From contig NC_057719.1 of assembly GCF_004010195.1 (NCBI RefSeq), positions 60,437,080-60,501,079 of the forward strand: a DNA stretch of 64,000 bases, read 5' to 3'. The position numbers and the translations under genes were made by a program. This DNA is from Chiloscyllium plagiosum. Taxonomy: Eukaryota. Each line of letters opens with the position of its first letter. Within the stretch, counting starts at the first letter, position 1. Positions 38,225-51,311 of the stretch are shown here, piece by piece. Under the pieces are notes generated by a model. That model did not search any database. It was not told the origin of the DNA and worked only from the letters and a program-made list of their open reading frames with translations.

Positions 38225-38970
38225 GGGGCAGGTTTTGCAGAGATATATTTCCCTCCCCTCTGTGACTCTCTTGTCAGGTCCACACCCCCCCACCAACCCA
38301 CCCTCTCCTGCCAATGCATGAATTGCAAAACCTGCCCGCACTCCTCCCCTCCTACCCCTCACCTCCGTCTAAGGCCCCAAAGGAGCCTTCAACATCCATC
38401 TGAGATTTACCTGCATTTCTACATGTCATTTACTGTATCCGTTGATCCCAATGCGGTCTCCTCGCCACTGAGGAGACAAGATGCCTATTTGCAGAAAGCT
38501 TCAGAGAACATCTCCAGGACACATACACCATAGCCAAACACTTTAACTCCTCCTCCCACTCTGCCAAGGACATGCAGGTGCTGGGCCTCCTCCATCGCCA
38601 AACTCTAACCACCATTCGAGGAAGAATGCCTCATCTTCCAACTTGGGATCCTCCAACCACATGGAATTAATGTGGACTTCACCAATTTCCTCATTTCCCC
38701 TCCCTCACCTTATCCCAGATCCAACCTTCCAACTCGGCACTGCCCTCATGACTTGTCCTACCTGTCCATCTTCCTTCCAACCTATCCGCTCCACCCTCCT
38801 CTCTGACCTATCACCATTACCCCCACCTTCACCTACCTGTCACATTCTCAGCTACCTTTCCCACAGCCCCACCCTCCTCCCATTTATCTCTCTACCTCCG
38901 AGGCTCACTAGCCTCATTCCTGATGAAGGGCTTATGCCCGAAACATCGACTCTCCTGCTCCTTGGATGCT
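38225..38970 (+). mobile_element. Penelope family A 3' fragment (GIY-YIG remnant plus hammerhead)
   Basis: CMNCKTC, VIYCIR.SQCGLL..EETR, RFREHL-like; attc-ctgatga-a-gggc-ttat-gccc-gaaacatc at 38916-38947. Confidence 0.85.
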
Positions 38971-41713
38971 ATGAACAATAGTCTGTTTAAGGTTTGGTGT
39001 TTGTTTAAACACGAGAAGTGGAGGTGTAAGGAAGGTCTTGGTGAGGGGCCCATCCTCATCGATAATGTGTTGCAGGCTGCAAAGAACATTGCGTAGTTTC
39101 TCTGCTCCTGGGAAGTACTGGGCAACGAAGTGTATCCTATTGGTTGCAGCTCGTGTCTGCCTCCTGAGGAGGTCATCACAGATTCTCTCAAAACCAATCG
39201 CAACATTGTCATCAGACCAGCAGATAAAGGAGGAGGCATTGTTATTCAGAATAGAACAGATTACTGCAAGGAAGTATACCAACAACTGAACAACCAGGAA
39301 CACTAGAGGCAAATACCAGACAATCTGACCAAACAGCACACCCGTGAACTAAACACATTGATCAAGACTTTTGATCTAGTCCTTCAGGGTTCCCTACATA
39401 CTTTTATCCCATGTATTTCTCGCATAGGGGACTTCTACTGCCTTCTGAAGATACACAAAGGCAACACACCAGGAAGTCCCATCATATCAGGCAATTGGAC
39501 CCTGTGTGAGAACCTCTCTGGCTATGATGAGGGCATGTCAAAACCCATTGTACAGGGGAACCCCAGCTTCTGTCATGACACTACAGATTTCTTACAGGAA
39601 CTCAGTACCCACGGACTAATCGAACCAGGAACTTCCCTCATCACAATGGACGTTTCAGCACTCTATGCCTTCATCCCCCATGATGACAGCATTGCGGCAA
39701 CAGCCTCAGTACTCAAACCAACAACTGCCAATCTCTGAGCACTGTCCTACAACTCATCCACATCATCCCTGACCACAACATTTTCACCTTTGACAACCGG
39801 TTTTTCACCCAGATACATGGAACAGCCATGGGGATCAAATTTGCATCTCAATATGCCAAAATTTTCATGCACAAGTTTGAACAAGATGTCTTTTCTGCAC
39901 AGGACCTCCAACCAGCACTATACACCAGATATATTGATGACATTTTCTTCCTCTGAACCCATGGTGAGAAGCCACTGAAACAACTACACAGTGATATCAA
40001 CATGTTTCATCCCACGATCAGACATATCATGGAGTACTCTTCAGTATATGTCTCATTCTTGGACACACACATCTCCATCAAGGTGAGCACCTCTGTATCT
40101 CACTCTACGGCAAACCCATGGATAACCTCATGACACTGCACTTCTCTAGCTTCCAACCGAAACATACGTAAACAGCCATCCCTTACGGATAAGCCCCACG
40201 CAAACACAGGATCTGTTCAGATGAGGAGGAATGTGACGGACACCTGAAAGTGCTCAAGGACGCCCTCATAAGAACAGGGTATGATGCTCAACTCATCGGT
40301 CGCCAGTTCTGATGTGCCACAGTGAGAAAATTTAATGACCTCTTCAGGAGGCAGACACAGTGCAACCGATAGGGTACCCTTTGTTGTCCAGTACTTCCTG
40401 GGAGCGGAGAAACTACACTGTGTTCTTTGCAGCCTGCAACGTATTATCGATGAGGATGAGCACCTCGCCAACACCTTCCCAGTGCTTCCACTTCTCGCCT
40501 TTAAACAACCGCCAAACCTTAAACAGATCATTGTTCGCATCAAACTGCCCAGCCTTCACGACAACATTGACCACAACACCATACAACCCTGTCATGGTAA
40601 CAACTGCATATCAGAGTGTCAACACAGACACCACCATTACACAGGGAGATACCACCCACCATGTATGTGGCAGGTACTCATGTGACTCGGCCAACATTGT
40701 CCATCTCATACGCTGCAAGCAAGGATGTCCCAGGGCATGGTACATTGGTGAGACCAAGCAGATGCTATGACAATGGATGAATGGACACTGTGCAATGATT
40801 GCCAGACATGGATACTCTCTCCCAGTCAGGGAATACTTCAGCGGTGAGGGATATTCGGCCTCAGATCTTTAGGTGACCATCCTCCAACGCTGACTTCTGG
40901 ATACTCAACAACGCAGAGTGGCTGAGCAGAGGCAGATAGCCAAGTTCAGTATCCATTAGGATGGCCTCAACTGGGACCTTGAATTCATGTCACACTGCAG
41001 GTGACCCCATTGCACTACACACTCTCTCACTCACACAAACATGGAGACCCTCACATATACACACACACTCTCACTCTCTCTCTCTCACAGGCTTATACTC
41101 CCTCACACTCACACACACACACTTTACTAAGCATGCTCACACACAAGCAAGCACACACTCTCTCATGTGCATTCACTCTGTCTCTGTCTCATGCACGCAC
41201 ACACACATATACATTTGCAAAATCATATTTGCAGGTACATTCTATTTTGCTCAAAAAGTGTACAATCTGCAGGTAGTCAATCCATGTAATATTTTGTAAA
41301 TTCCACTTTGGAAATAGAACCAGTCTAACTCAAGATTGGGATACAGTTTGTAACCTGACACATTTAATGCATTGTCTGAGCTGAGATGTCACTGTATTAA
41401 TAAAACCTTACGTTCTCTTGAGAATGTGACTTAAAAGTTCTGGGATTTACATTTTGATGAACCAAAACTTGCAACCCATTCTAAAAGATGAAAGACCTAA
41501 CAGCAATCTAGGTTGTTCAATATATCATTTCAGCTGCATGTCACTGTAACCTTTTACTATAAATTCTGTGTCACAGCTGTTCCACAGCTACCTGATGAAG
41601 AAGCAGCGCTCCGAAAGATACTGCTTCCAAATAAACCTGTTGGGACTATAACCTGTCATCGTGTGATTTTTAATTTTGTCCACCCCAGTCCAACACCATC
41701 TCCTCCACATCAT
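38971..41713 (+). mobile_element. Penelope-like retrotransposon (family C), 5'-truncated: RT, GIY-YIG and terminal repeat, with an inverted 5' segment
   Basis: IVIRPADKGG, FYCLLKIHK, TMDVSALY, GTAMG, RYIDDIFF, CDSANIVHLIRCKQGCPRAWYIGET; CA-rich 3' region; hammerhead ctgatga-a-gaagc-agc-gctcc-gaaagata at about 41592; disrupted by stops. Confidence 0.92.
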
Positions 41714-43975
41714 TCAGCTAAAATGGCAGCCCTTCAGAGTCACTGGTTTTCATCTGGAAAAAGGTAATACAACATAGCGATAGGTGTAGTGAGTCAATAT
41801 GATTGATCAACAGCTAAAAATGACAATTCAAGTCAATGAACATCTTTATTTCTACCTTCCAATTAAGCGATGGTCATCTATGAATAAAAAAAAGATATCT
41901 GAGGAATTCCTACAGCCATACCTTGGGGTGGAGATGATTGGCCACCAACAACAATAACCACCTTCTCTCTATTAGGTATGATGCCAAACAGGGAGAACCA
42001 ATGACTTCAATTTTGCAAGGATTCCTTGAAGCTACACAATAAAACATTGTCTTGATGTCCATCATACCATCCACACTCTCCTCACCTCTGCAATTCAGTT
42101 CTTTGGTCTATTTTTGGGCTAAGGCTATGATGGGCTCTGTAAACCTGGCCTAGCTGGAACCCAAACTAACCTTCAGTGAGTAAGGTTATTACTGTATAAG
42201 TGTCATAGAGTCCTATAGCCCCTTGCCCCAAAACTGATCCATGCTGACCAAAATGTCCATTCACACTAACCCCATTTCCCTGCACTTGGCCCATATCCTT
42301 CTAATCCTTTCCAATCTATGTATTTGTCCAAATGTCTTCTGAATGTTGTTAATGTACCCACCTCAACCATTTCTACTGGCAGCTCATTCCATATGTGTAC
42401 CACCCTCTGTGTAAAAATTTTGTCCCTCAGGTTCCTTTTTATCTCCTTCGCCTCTAAACCTTAAACTGATGGCCTCTTGTCCTTGATTCCACAACTCTGA
42501 AAAAGACTGGGTGCATTCACCTTATCCATGCCTCTCATGATCCTATACACCATTATTAGGTTCCCCCCTCAGTCTCCTACGCTCTAAAGATAAAAGCCCT
42601 AGTTTGTCCAACCTCTCCCTGTAACTTAGACCCTTGAGTCCTGGCAACAGCCTTGTAAATTTCTTCTGCACTCTTTCCAGTATAATAACATTCTTCCTGT
42701 AACAAGGTGACCAAAACTGAAGACAATACTCCAAGTGCAGCCTCACCAACATCCTGCACAACTGCAACATACCTTCTCAACTTCTATATTCAATACTCTG
42801 ACTGATGAAGCCAGTATGCCAAAAGTCTTCTTCACTGCCCTGTCTACCTGTGACTCCACTTTCAGAGAACTTCAGAGAACCGTGCACCTAAACGCCAAGA
42901 TTCCTCTGTTCCACTACACTCCTTAAGGCCCTACCATTCACCATGAAGCTCCTATCTTGATTTGGACTTTCCAAAATGCAAGACCTCACACTTATCTATG
43001 TTAAACTCCGTTTGCTATTTCTTGGCCCACTTTCCTAGCTGATTGCAATTTCTGATAACCTTCCTCACTGTCCATGACACCACCTATTTTAGTGTCATCA
43101 GCAAACTTAATCATGCCTCGGACATTCTCTTCCAAATCATTGCACCAACTCCTGAGGTACACCACTAGTTACAGGCCTCTAGTCTGACAAGCATCCTTCC
43201 ACTATTACCCTCTGCTTCCTATCATCAAGCCAGTTTTGGATCCAATTTGCCAGCTCACCTTGGATTTCACGCAATCTAACCTTACAGAGCAGCCTACCAA
43301 GTGGAACCTTATCAAAGGCCATACTGAAATCCACATAGACTACATTAATTGCCCTGCCTTCATCAACCTTCCTACTCCTTCATCTAAGAATTCTAACGAA
43401 TTTGTGAGGCATGATCTCCCACACACAAAGCCATGCTGACTACTCTTAATCAAATCCTGCCTTTCCGAATGCATGTATTCCTTATCCCTCAGTACCTTCT
43501 CAAGTAACTTACCCACCGCAGATGTTAGGCTTACTGGTCTACAGCTCCCAGGCTTTTCTTTGCAGCCCTTCTTAAACAATGGCACGATATTGGCTACCCT
43601 CCAGTCTTCCAGGACCTCACCCATGGCTAACGATGATGCAAAAATATCAGCCAGGGCCACCACAATATTATTTCGAGACTCTTGCATTGTTCTTGGATAT
43701 TTCTGGTCAGGACCAGGAGATGTATCCACCTTCACACAGTCTATTACATCCAATATCTCCTCCATTGTGATGTGGACTGCCCCCAAGATATCACCACCAA
43801 CTTCTCCAAGTTCCCAAATCTTCATGGCTTTCTCCATGGTAAACACAGAGGAGAAATATTGATTGAGAACCTCACCCATTTCCTACAGTTCTACACATAC
43901 ATGTCCTTGAGGGAACCTGTTCTCTCCCCAGTTATTTTTTTCTTTTAATATACTTAAATACCTCTTTGGATTTTT

Positions 43976-44276
43976 AAAATTACTTACAGTGTGGAAACAG
44001 GCCCTTCGGCCCAACAAGTCCACACCGACGCGCCAAAGCGCAACCCACCCATATATTTACCCCTTCACCTAACACCACGGGCAATTTAGCATGGCCAATT
44101 CACCTGACCTGCACATCTTTGGACTGTGGGAGGAAACCGGAGCACCCGGAGGAAACCCACGCAGACACGGGGAGAATGTGCAAACTCCACACAGTCAGTC
44201 GCCTGAGGTGGGAATTGAACCCAGGTCTCTGGCGCTGTGAGGCAGCAGTGTTAACCACTGTGCCACCGTGCCGCCC
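43976..44276 (-). mobile_element. HE1-like V-SINE (young) in CR1
   Basis: Reverse of gggcggcacggtggcacagtggttaacactgctgcc...cacactgtaagtaat; CpG-rich. Confidence 0.96.
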
Positions 44277-44902
44277 AGATTCACCCTAATCTTCTCAGCA
44301 AAGGTTATCCTGTGCCTCCTTTTTGCCCTCCTGATTTCCTTCTTCAGTAAACTCCTGTATTCCCTGTATATCTCCACGGATTTCCCTTGATCCAAGCTGC
44401 TTGTCCCTGAGTCATGCTTCCTTCTTTTTTCTGGTCAAAGCCTCAATATCTCTTGTCATCCAGGATGCCTTATTCCTACCAACCTTGCCCTTCAGCCTCA
44501 TAGGAACATACAGACCTTGAACTCTAGCTGTCTCACTTTTAAAGGCCTCCCACTTGCCAGACACCTTTACCTACAATTAAACTACTCCAATTAACACCTG
44601 CAAGCTCCTGGCTAATTCCAACAAAAAATTGCCTTGCTCCAATTTAGAATTTGAAACTGTGGATCAGTTTTGTCCCTCTTCATAACGGTTTTAAAATTAA
44701 TAGATTTATGGTCACTGGTCCCAAAGTCACCTGTTACCTCCGTCACCTGTCCAGCCCTATTTCCCAAGAGTAGGTCGAGTTTTGCCCCTTCCTGAATAGG
44801 GACTTCTATAAACTGCTTGAGGAAACTTTCCTAAACGCACTTAACAAATTGAACCCATCTCAGCCCTTAATGCTCTGGAAGTCTCAGTCTATGTTAGGAA
44901 AA

Positions 44903-45203
44903 TTAGTACTGCTGCCTCACAGTGCGAGAGACCCGGGTTCAATTCCCACCTCAGGCGACTGACTGTGTGGAGTTTGCACATTCTCCCCGTGTCTGCGTGG
45001 GTTTCCTCCGGGTGCGCCCGTTTCCTCCCACAGTCCAAAGATGTGCAGGTCAGGTGAATTGGCTATGCCAAATTGCTCGTAGTGTTAGGTAAGGGGTAAA
45101 TGTATGGGTGGGTTGTGCTTCGGCGAGTCGGTGTGGACTTGTTGGGCCGAAGGGCCTGTTTCCACACTGTAAGTAATCTAATCTAAGTAATCTAATCTAA
45201 TCA
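44903..45203 (+). mobile_element. HE1-like V-SINE (slightly 5'-truncated) in the CR1 endonuclease region
   Basis: Body near identical to 43976-44276 in opposite orientation; duplicated tail taagtaatctaatc. Confidence 0.96.
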
Positions 45204-45685
45204 TAAGTCTATTGCTCCTGCAAGTCTCTCCATTCTCTGTGTATATTTGTTCCTCTAATTCCCGTTGACTATTTGGAGGCCTATAGTACAACCCCAATAA
45301 CTTTTCCATCCCCTTCATATTTCTTAGCACCACCCACAAAACCTCATTGGATGACCCTTCAGTTATTTCATCTCTGATTACTGCTGTGAGATTTGCCTTA
45401 ATCAAAAATGCAACTCCCCCTCCTCTCTTTCCACCACCTCTATCCCACTAAAGCACCTGTACCCTGGTACATTAAGCTGCCAGTCATGTCCCTCACTGAG
45501 TCATGTTTCTGTAAAGACTATAATATCCCAGTCCCATGTACCCATCCACGCCCTGAGTTCATCGGCCTTACCTGTCAGCCCTCTTGCACTGAAATAAATG
45601 CAATTGAAGACAACAGGCATTCCTTGCTCCCTGTCGTGTTCCAGCCTGACCCGTGTATTCAACTTATTATTTCCGATTACCGTTG

Positions 45686-45946
45686 TGGGTATCCATTGTG
45701 GTCTATTCATTGATCCTCCATCTCCACAATTGTTTAGTTGACCACTACTACTTATAACTAAATGTGATAGGACAGCTATGTGCTCAGTACATGCCAAATG
45801 CCTGTGTTTTCTGACGTGAGACTAAGTGATTAATTTCACAGACAGACTTAGACAATGCAAATGGGAAAGGAGTAAAGACTATTTACAATGATGAAATAAA
45901 AAGGAATACAAGAAATATATTAAAAAGGTTTTAAAAACTAGAAGAG
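45686..45946 (+). repeat. Diverged local direct duplicate of 47446-47731
   Basis: Colinear blocks tgtttagttgaccac, tgtgctcagtaca, ccaaatgcctgtgttttc, gcaaatgggaaa, tgaaataaaaaggaatacaagaaat. Confidence 0.9.
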
Positions 45947-46046
45947 CCTCGCACTTGCCTCCTTGCTGTTGAGGATCCCACCTCCCCCCACTCTAGTTTA
46001 AACCCTCCCTTGCAGCACTAGCACACCTGGCTACCAAGATATTGGA

Positions 46047-46242
46047 GGAATTAGAGGAACAAATATGCAGAGAGATTGGGAGACTTGCAGGAGCAATAGG
46101 GTTGTCATAGGGGATTTTAATTATCCTAACATAGACTGAGACTGCCAGAGCATTAAGGACTGAGATGGGGTAGAATTTATTAAGTGCGTTCATGATTTGG
46201 AGGTGCCGGTGTTGGACTGGGGTATACACAAGACCAGGTTAT
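46047..46242. repeat. Composite insert: inverted copy of the local CR1 endonuclease segment plus a Penelope family C terminal fragment
   Basis: 46047-46190 matches the reverse complement of 45262-45209 joined to 44905-44834; 46191-46242 matches the reverse complement of about 41645-41713. Confidence 0.88.
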
Positions 46243-48612
46243 TGTCCCCTTCCAGTTCAGATACAACCTGTCCCTCGAACAGGTGACCTCTGCCCCACAA
46301 AAGATTCCAATGATCTAAAAATCTGAATCCCTGCCCCACACCAATTCTTTAGCCACACATTTATCTGCTATATCCTCCTGTTTTTACCCTCACAAGCATG
46401 TGACACTGGATGTAATCCGGAGATTATCCCCGAGGCCCTGGTTAACTTTTTTCCCAGCTCTCTATAATCCTTCTACAGGACCTCATCCCTATTTCTATCT
46501 ATGTCATTTGTGCCAACGTGCACAATGCCTTCTGGCTGCTAACCCTCCTCCTTGAGAAGATTATGCAGCCACTCTGAGACATTCTGGACCTTGACACCTG
46601 TGAGGCAACGCACTATCCTGGATTCGTGTTTGCTGCCACAGAACCTCCTATCTGTCCCCCTAATTATCAATTTTCCTTTCACTAAGGTCCTGTTTACCTT
46701 TACACTTTTCCAGATCCAGTCCTAGTGCCACCAACCTGGCTACTGCTGCTTTCCCTTAAATGGTCATCCACCACCCTCCCCGCCCCCGCCCCCAACAGTA
46801 TCCAGAACTGTATACGTGTTTAAGGGGAATAGCCACAGGGGATTCCTGCACTCTCATCTTCCTCCCTTTACCTTTCATGGTGGTTACCCAGCTACTCTCT
46901 GCCTGCACCTTAGGTGTGACCATCTCACTAAAATTCTGATCTATGAAGCGCTCAGTCATCAGGGACAATGGAAGTCTCTCTGAGCTCCTACATCTTGCAG
47001 GAGGAACATGTGACTGCTTGAACTGCCATCTTAACTGCTTAAGTGATGCTTGCTAGAACTACTGATGGCATCTTTCATCGCTTTGCTCAGAGTTAGGGCA
47101 ATAATTGGCCAGAATGGATTCGTCCTGCTTTGGATAATGTTCCACGGTGTCAAGTAGACGCTGGTGTTGTATCTGTACTGAAAAAGCTTCACTTGGAGTA
47201 CATCTGGTTCTGGGGCACAAGTTTTCAGGACTACAGGAAAGATATTGTCATAACCCACCGATTTTGCATTTTGCATTCAGCTATTGCATCTGAAATGAAC
47301 TGTGTAAACCCTGGTATCTTTGATGCTGCAAACCAAAGGTAGAGTTCAAGATGAACCATCCACTTGACCTTACTGGTCGAAGATGGCTGCAAATGCTTCA
47401 AATTTGCTTTGTAGTAACATATTGGGCTGCCCTGTCATTGAGGATATGGATATCCATCGCAGTTTATTCATTGACCCTCCATTTCCATAAATGTTTAGTT
47501 GACCACCAACATTTATGACTGAATGGTGGTGGACAACCCTGTGCTCAGTACACACCAAATGCCTGTGTTTTCCATTACATAAAACCCAGCAGTGGACGTG
47601 AGATTAAATGATTAATTTCATGGGCAGAATTAGAGGAAGCAAATGGGAAAAAAAGTAAAGACTAATCATAATGCTGAAATAAAAAGGAATACAAGAAATG
47701 TATAAAAATGATTTTTAAAAAAATAGAAGGGTAAGGAAAGATGATAAATCAAACAAATCAATCCATGTTCAAATTAACAGATTCCAATAAAATAAAACTT
47801 CTAAAGTTCTGGGAAGTGGAAGCTCTAACTGCTGTAAAGAGGTTGCTTAACTATGCTGGTCTGATCCGACTGTATAGATATGACTCGGTTAAGAATTGAA
47901 ATTGCAGAAGCCTGGAATAGGATAAAGTTTCCCGTGATAATTTTGGTGGCGCTTGTTCTAAACAAAGTTGTTGATGTGAAGGGAGTCAGACCAAGTATGA
48001 GACTCATTATGCTAAGGATTCCAGTGTCCTCACCTCTCTGCAATCCAGCATAATTTAAAAGGCAGTATGCTGAGAAAGAAGAAAATACCAGGTTCCTGAA
48101 GGACAAAGCTGTGTGCAATGCACATGAAGATCCAACTCATTCTAAGAATCCAGTTTTTAAAAAATGTTGTATTCTGGTCCATTTACAAATGACATTACGG
48201 TTACTCAGCAAGTTTGATTGCTCCATATCTCAGTTAGAAAAAACAGAGGCCTATTTCCCCACTGAACAGATGAGGATGTGCATCCAGTTGCACCACTTTT
48301 GCTTGCTAACCTCATTGAAGTGAAGTACCTAAAGTCTTAACTCTGGAAATTTTCAATATTGGAGGACTTTATTGTGTACAATGTCAGGATCAGGCCTTTA
48401 ATATTTTGTGCAATACGCCAGGACAGCCTGTACTCCAGAGTATTGAAAATGTTTATTACTGAAGGAAACTGCAAAGGGCACAATAATAATTTTATAAAAT
48501 ACTTTGGAAATATTATTCATATGTAAAATTTGGAAGGTAACAAGTAATGCAGTTCTGTACAAAAAGAGCCAAGGGATAAACTAGTATATTAAATAGCAGT
48601 TAGCCTCAAATG

Positions 48613-49256
48613 AGTAATATTGAAACCACTGGTGACTATAAGAGGTATTACAATACTTTGGCCTTTTTTTTTGAAAGAGAGGTTTTAAGACAGAGACATG
48701 GTTCCAACAAAGTAAATACCTTGTGAGGCCTTGAGGCTTTTTTTTTAAAGAAGTAGGAACAATAGAAAGAGCCTGAATGGATGGGGCAAGCTCCCACGGA
48801 ACCAAGACCTTCTGGTTTTTTCAGTAGCAGTCACTGTGGTCATGAAGCTGGGTGGAAGCTGCAATACATCTCTCCCTGCTACTTTCTTTTGCTGAGCTTT
48901 TTCTTGATGTTTTTCCTATTGCTGCAAGAATTGCATGTGAAACAATCTGTTTTACTGATTTTGCCCTTTGCCAAGGGTGTGTTTATGGGATGTTACTATA
49001 TTGACACAGTTACTGTTTAGTAGTTAAAATAATCTATTATTCTGTTAAGTTTTCAAGAGAGTTATATTATTCCAAATGTTTTTGTTGTATTTTCTCTATA
49101 AAGTGTGAATAAGGTGAGTTTTGCTTCAAATCTGGTAGTTTGACCAATCAAATTGCATCTGGAATGCAATGCTTAGCACTTACCTTTAAAATAAGAAAAA
49201 GTTAGGCCAAGACTATTTTCTGAGCATTTTGAGGGGGTCTGGTCTGGTCCAGAACA
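48613..49256 (+). mobile_element. Solo LTR related to the Gmr1-like LTRs, nested in a decayed CR1 (about 48560-49570)
   Basis: Shares tttgccaagggtgtgtttatggga and the terminus ttttgagggggtctggtctggtccagaaca with the 20679 and 26605 LTRs; left boundary uncertain. Confidence 0.75.
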
Positions 49257-49649
49257 AAGGAATGAGATCAGTCAATAGTGAGAATAAAAAGGACGACTGA
49301 GGGATAGTAGGCATAAATTTGTAAAGGGCAAGGTATGCCTGGTTAATTGCATAGAATTTTTCAAGATAATTTCTGAGGAGACTGACAGTGGGAGGAATGC
49401 AGTAGAAGTGATAGATAGTACTTGAACTTTCAAAAAGACTGACAAAATTCTGCACAAGAGACTCACTGCAAAGATAAGGGCTTATTGCAGAAAATGTAAG
49501 CTAATAACATGGATTGAGGAATGGTAAAAACACAGACAACACAGAGTAGGAACAAACATACATTCCCAAGTGGCACTTATCAATATCTGAATTTGGACTT
49601 TCTTGTTCTCCATCTGCACAATATATATGTATATTCACATATCCAAAGA

Positions 49650-50265
49650 TATTGAAATTCACCTAAATAACATCCTTACATGCACTTGTAACAAAACATC
49701 TCAAGGCATTTGACAGGAGCAGAATAAGAAAATACGACAAAGCCACAGAAGAGATGTTAGATCAGACAATCAAAAGCTTGATTAAGGCTGTCGGTTTTAA
49801 AGAAGTTCTTAATAGAGATACGCAAGGGGGAAAAATATAGGGAAAATTCTAAATATTATGTCCTAGGTATCTGAAAGCGATTATAATTGGAATGCTCAAG
49901 AAATAGATAATGTATTGCAAATGGATGTGCTTCTGTATGAGATTACAGATAGGGATGGATGTGGTTATTGATGGATTTAGAAAAACAGTTGAAGATTTTA
50001 CAATCATGATTTTGTTTGACTGGGAGCCAGTGTAGTTCACTAAATACAAAGGTAACAGGTGAACAGGAGCTAGTCCACTTTTTAAAGCAGAGGCAGCAGA
50101 ATTTTGATTAACTCAAGTTTACAAAAGTTAGAATGTGGGAATGTTTTGGATTCAAATCTAAAGCTAACAAACACATGAATAGAAACAAAGTCAGGCAATA
50201 TTATGGAGATGGAAAGAGAAAGTGTTAGTAATGGCACAATTATCCAGGGCTGAGTAAATGGTGTG
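49650..50265 (-). mobile_element. Decayed L2-type LINE fragment
   Basis: Similar to 10700-11400 (tcaaaagcttgattaagg...ttttaaagaag; gactgggagccagtgtag). Confidence 0.55.
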
Positions 50266-50599
50266 GAAGTCATAGGAAGGTTTCATAGGAAGGTCCCGCA
50301 TGCACAGTGGCTGCCTGCCTCAAGACAATTGGCAGCCAATTTGGGACCTCAGTTAGGGACATTTCAAGCTGACAGTAGAGCAGGTCATCATCATATGGAG
50401 GCCATCAGCTTAATTGTGGGGGTCTTCCTATGGCAGTCTAGGAGGCCACTTGTCTTCCAGCCTCGGAAGGAGGCTTCTGCTAGGAGTAAATAAATGATTT
50501 ATAGGAGCTCGCTTTCTGCTTGGAGAAGTCTGCCTGCTTGGCCCCTCTGAAATTTGTTTTGAACTGACCCTTCCTTCTCACTCTCCTGATGGGATTTCA

Positions 50600-50911
50600 G
50601 AGATTAGATTAGATTCCCTAATCTAAACAGGCCCTTCGACCCAACAAGCCCACGCTGATCCTCCAAAGAGCAACCCACCCAGACCCATTTCCCTCTAATG
50701 CACCTAACACTGTGGGTAATTTAGCATGGCCAATCCACCTGATCTGCATACTTTTGGATTGTGGGAGGAAACTGGAGCACCCGGAGGAAACCCACACCGA
50801 CACGGGGAGAATGTGCAAACTCCACCCAGACAGTTGCCCGAGGCTGGAATCAAACCTGGGTTGCTGGCACTATGAGGCTGCAATGCTAACCACTGAGCCA
50901 CCGTGCTGCCC
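50600..50911 (-). mobile_element. HE1-like V-SINE
   Basis: Reverse head gggcagcacggtggctcagtggttagc; (aatct)n tail. Confidence 0.93.
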
Positions 50912-51311
50912 TGATCTTCTGATTGGGCGAACAACATCAGAGCCTCTCCAGGAATGTCACTGAGCCAACATTTCTGCTGGTAGACACAAGACTCGGACCC
51001 CAATTTGGTTCTTATATGATGATCTTGAAGCCAGTAGAAATCTCCTGTCCCAAGGATTGCCAAAGAGATAAAGCAAAAGTATATGGGTGGTGCTAAAATT
51101 AGATAAAAATTGGGAAGAATGCAGGAGACTACAGTGATGACAGATCGGATAGAAAATGGCTCATATTTTATGAATGCAGTTAAACAAAGATACATTTAAC
51201 ACTTCAGAAAAGAAGTAGCAAGAAATTGAAAAAGCCCAAAAATGGAAAATGCAGAGAGATCTCGAGGAACAGATTAAAGACTGGTTAAAAAAAACTCACA
51301 AAAAATTAAAT

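Larger units (their letters stand above)
42204..47030 (-). mobile_element. Near full-length decayed CR1 LINE (ORF1 zinc finger plus SGNH esterase; ORF2 APE plus RT)
   Basis: ORF1 start MAVQAVTCSSCKM at about 47029; IISGLHPVSHACEGKNRRI.QINVWLKNWC; ORF2 CIYFSARGLTGKADELRAW, LYYRPPNS, EDWRVANIVPLFKKG, QHGFVCGRSCLTN, LVRLHLEYCLQFWSP. Confidence 0.93.
41870..47535 (-). mobile_element. Old LINE fragment (41870-42203 plus 47031-47535) split by the CR1 insertion
   Basis: The two pieces are contiguous in the family of 1480-3470; degenerate TSD ttactgtataagtg / ttaactgcttaagtg. Confidence 0.6.

Noticed and set aside
40961..41299. His/Thr/Leu-rich ORFs
   Set aside because: Translation of CA/CT microsatellite-like sequence in the Penelope 3' region.
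42861..42880. Short tandem duplications (ttcagagaac x2; also agtacattaa-type at about 61860)
   Set aside because: Ordinary slippage events with no sign of function.
47825..48118. 97-aa hydrophobic ORF on the host-gene strand
   Set aside because: No recognisable homology to NPAS or other proteins, and no convincing splice-site pair.
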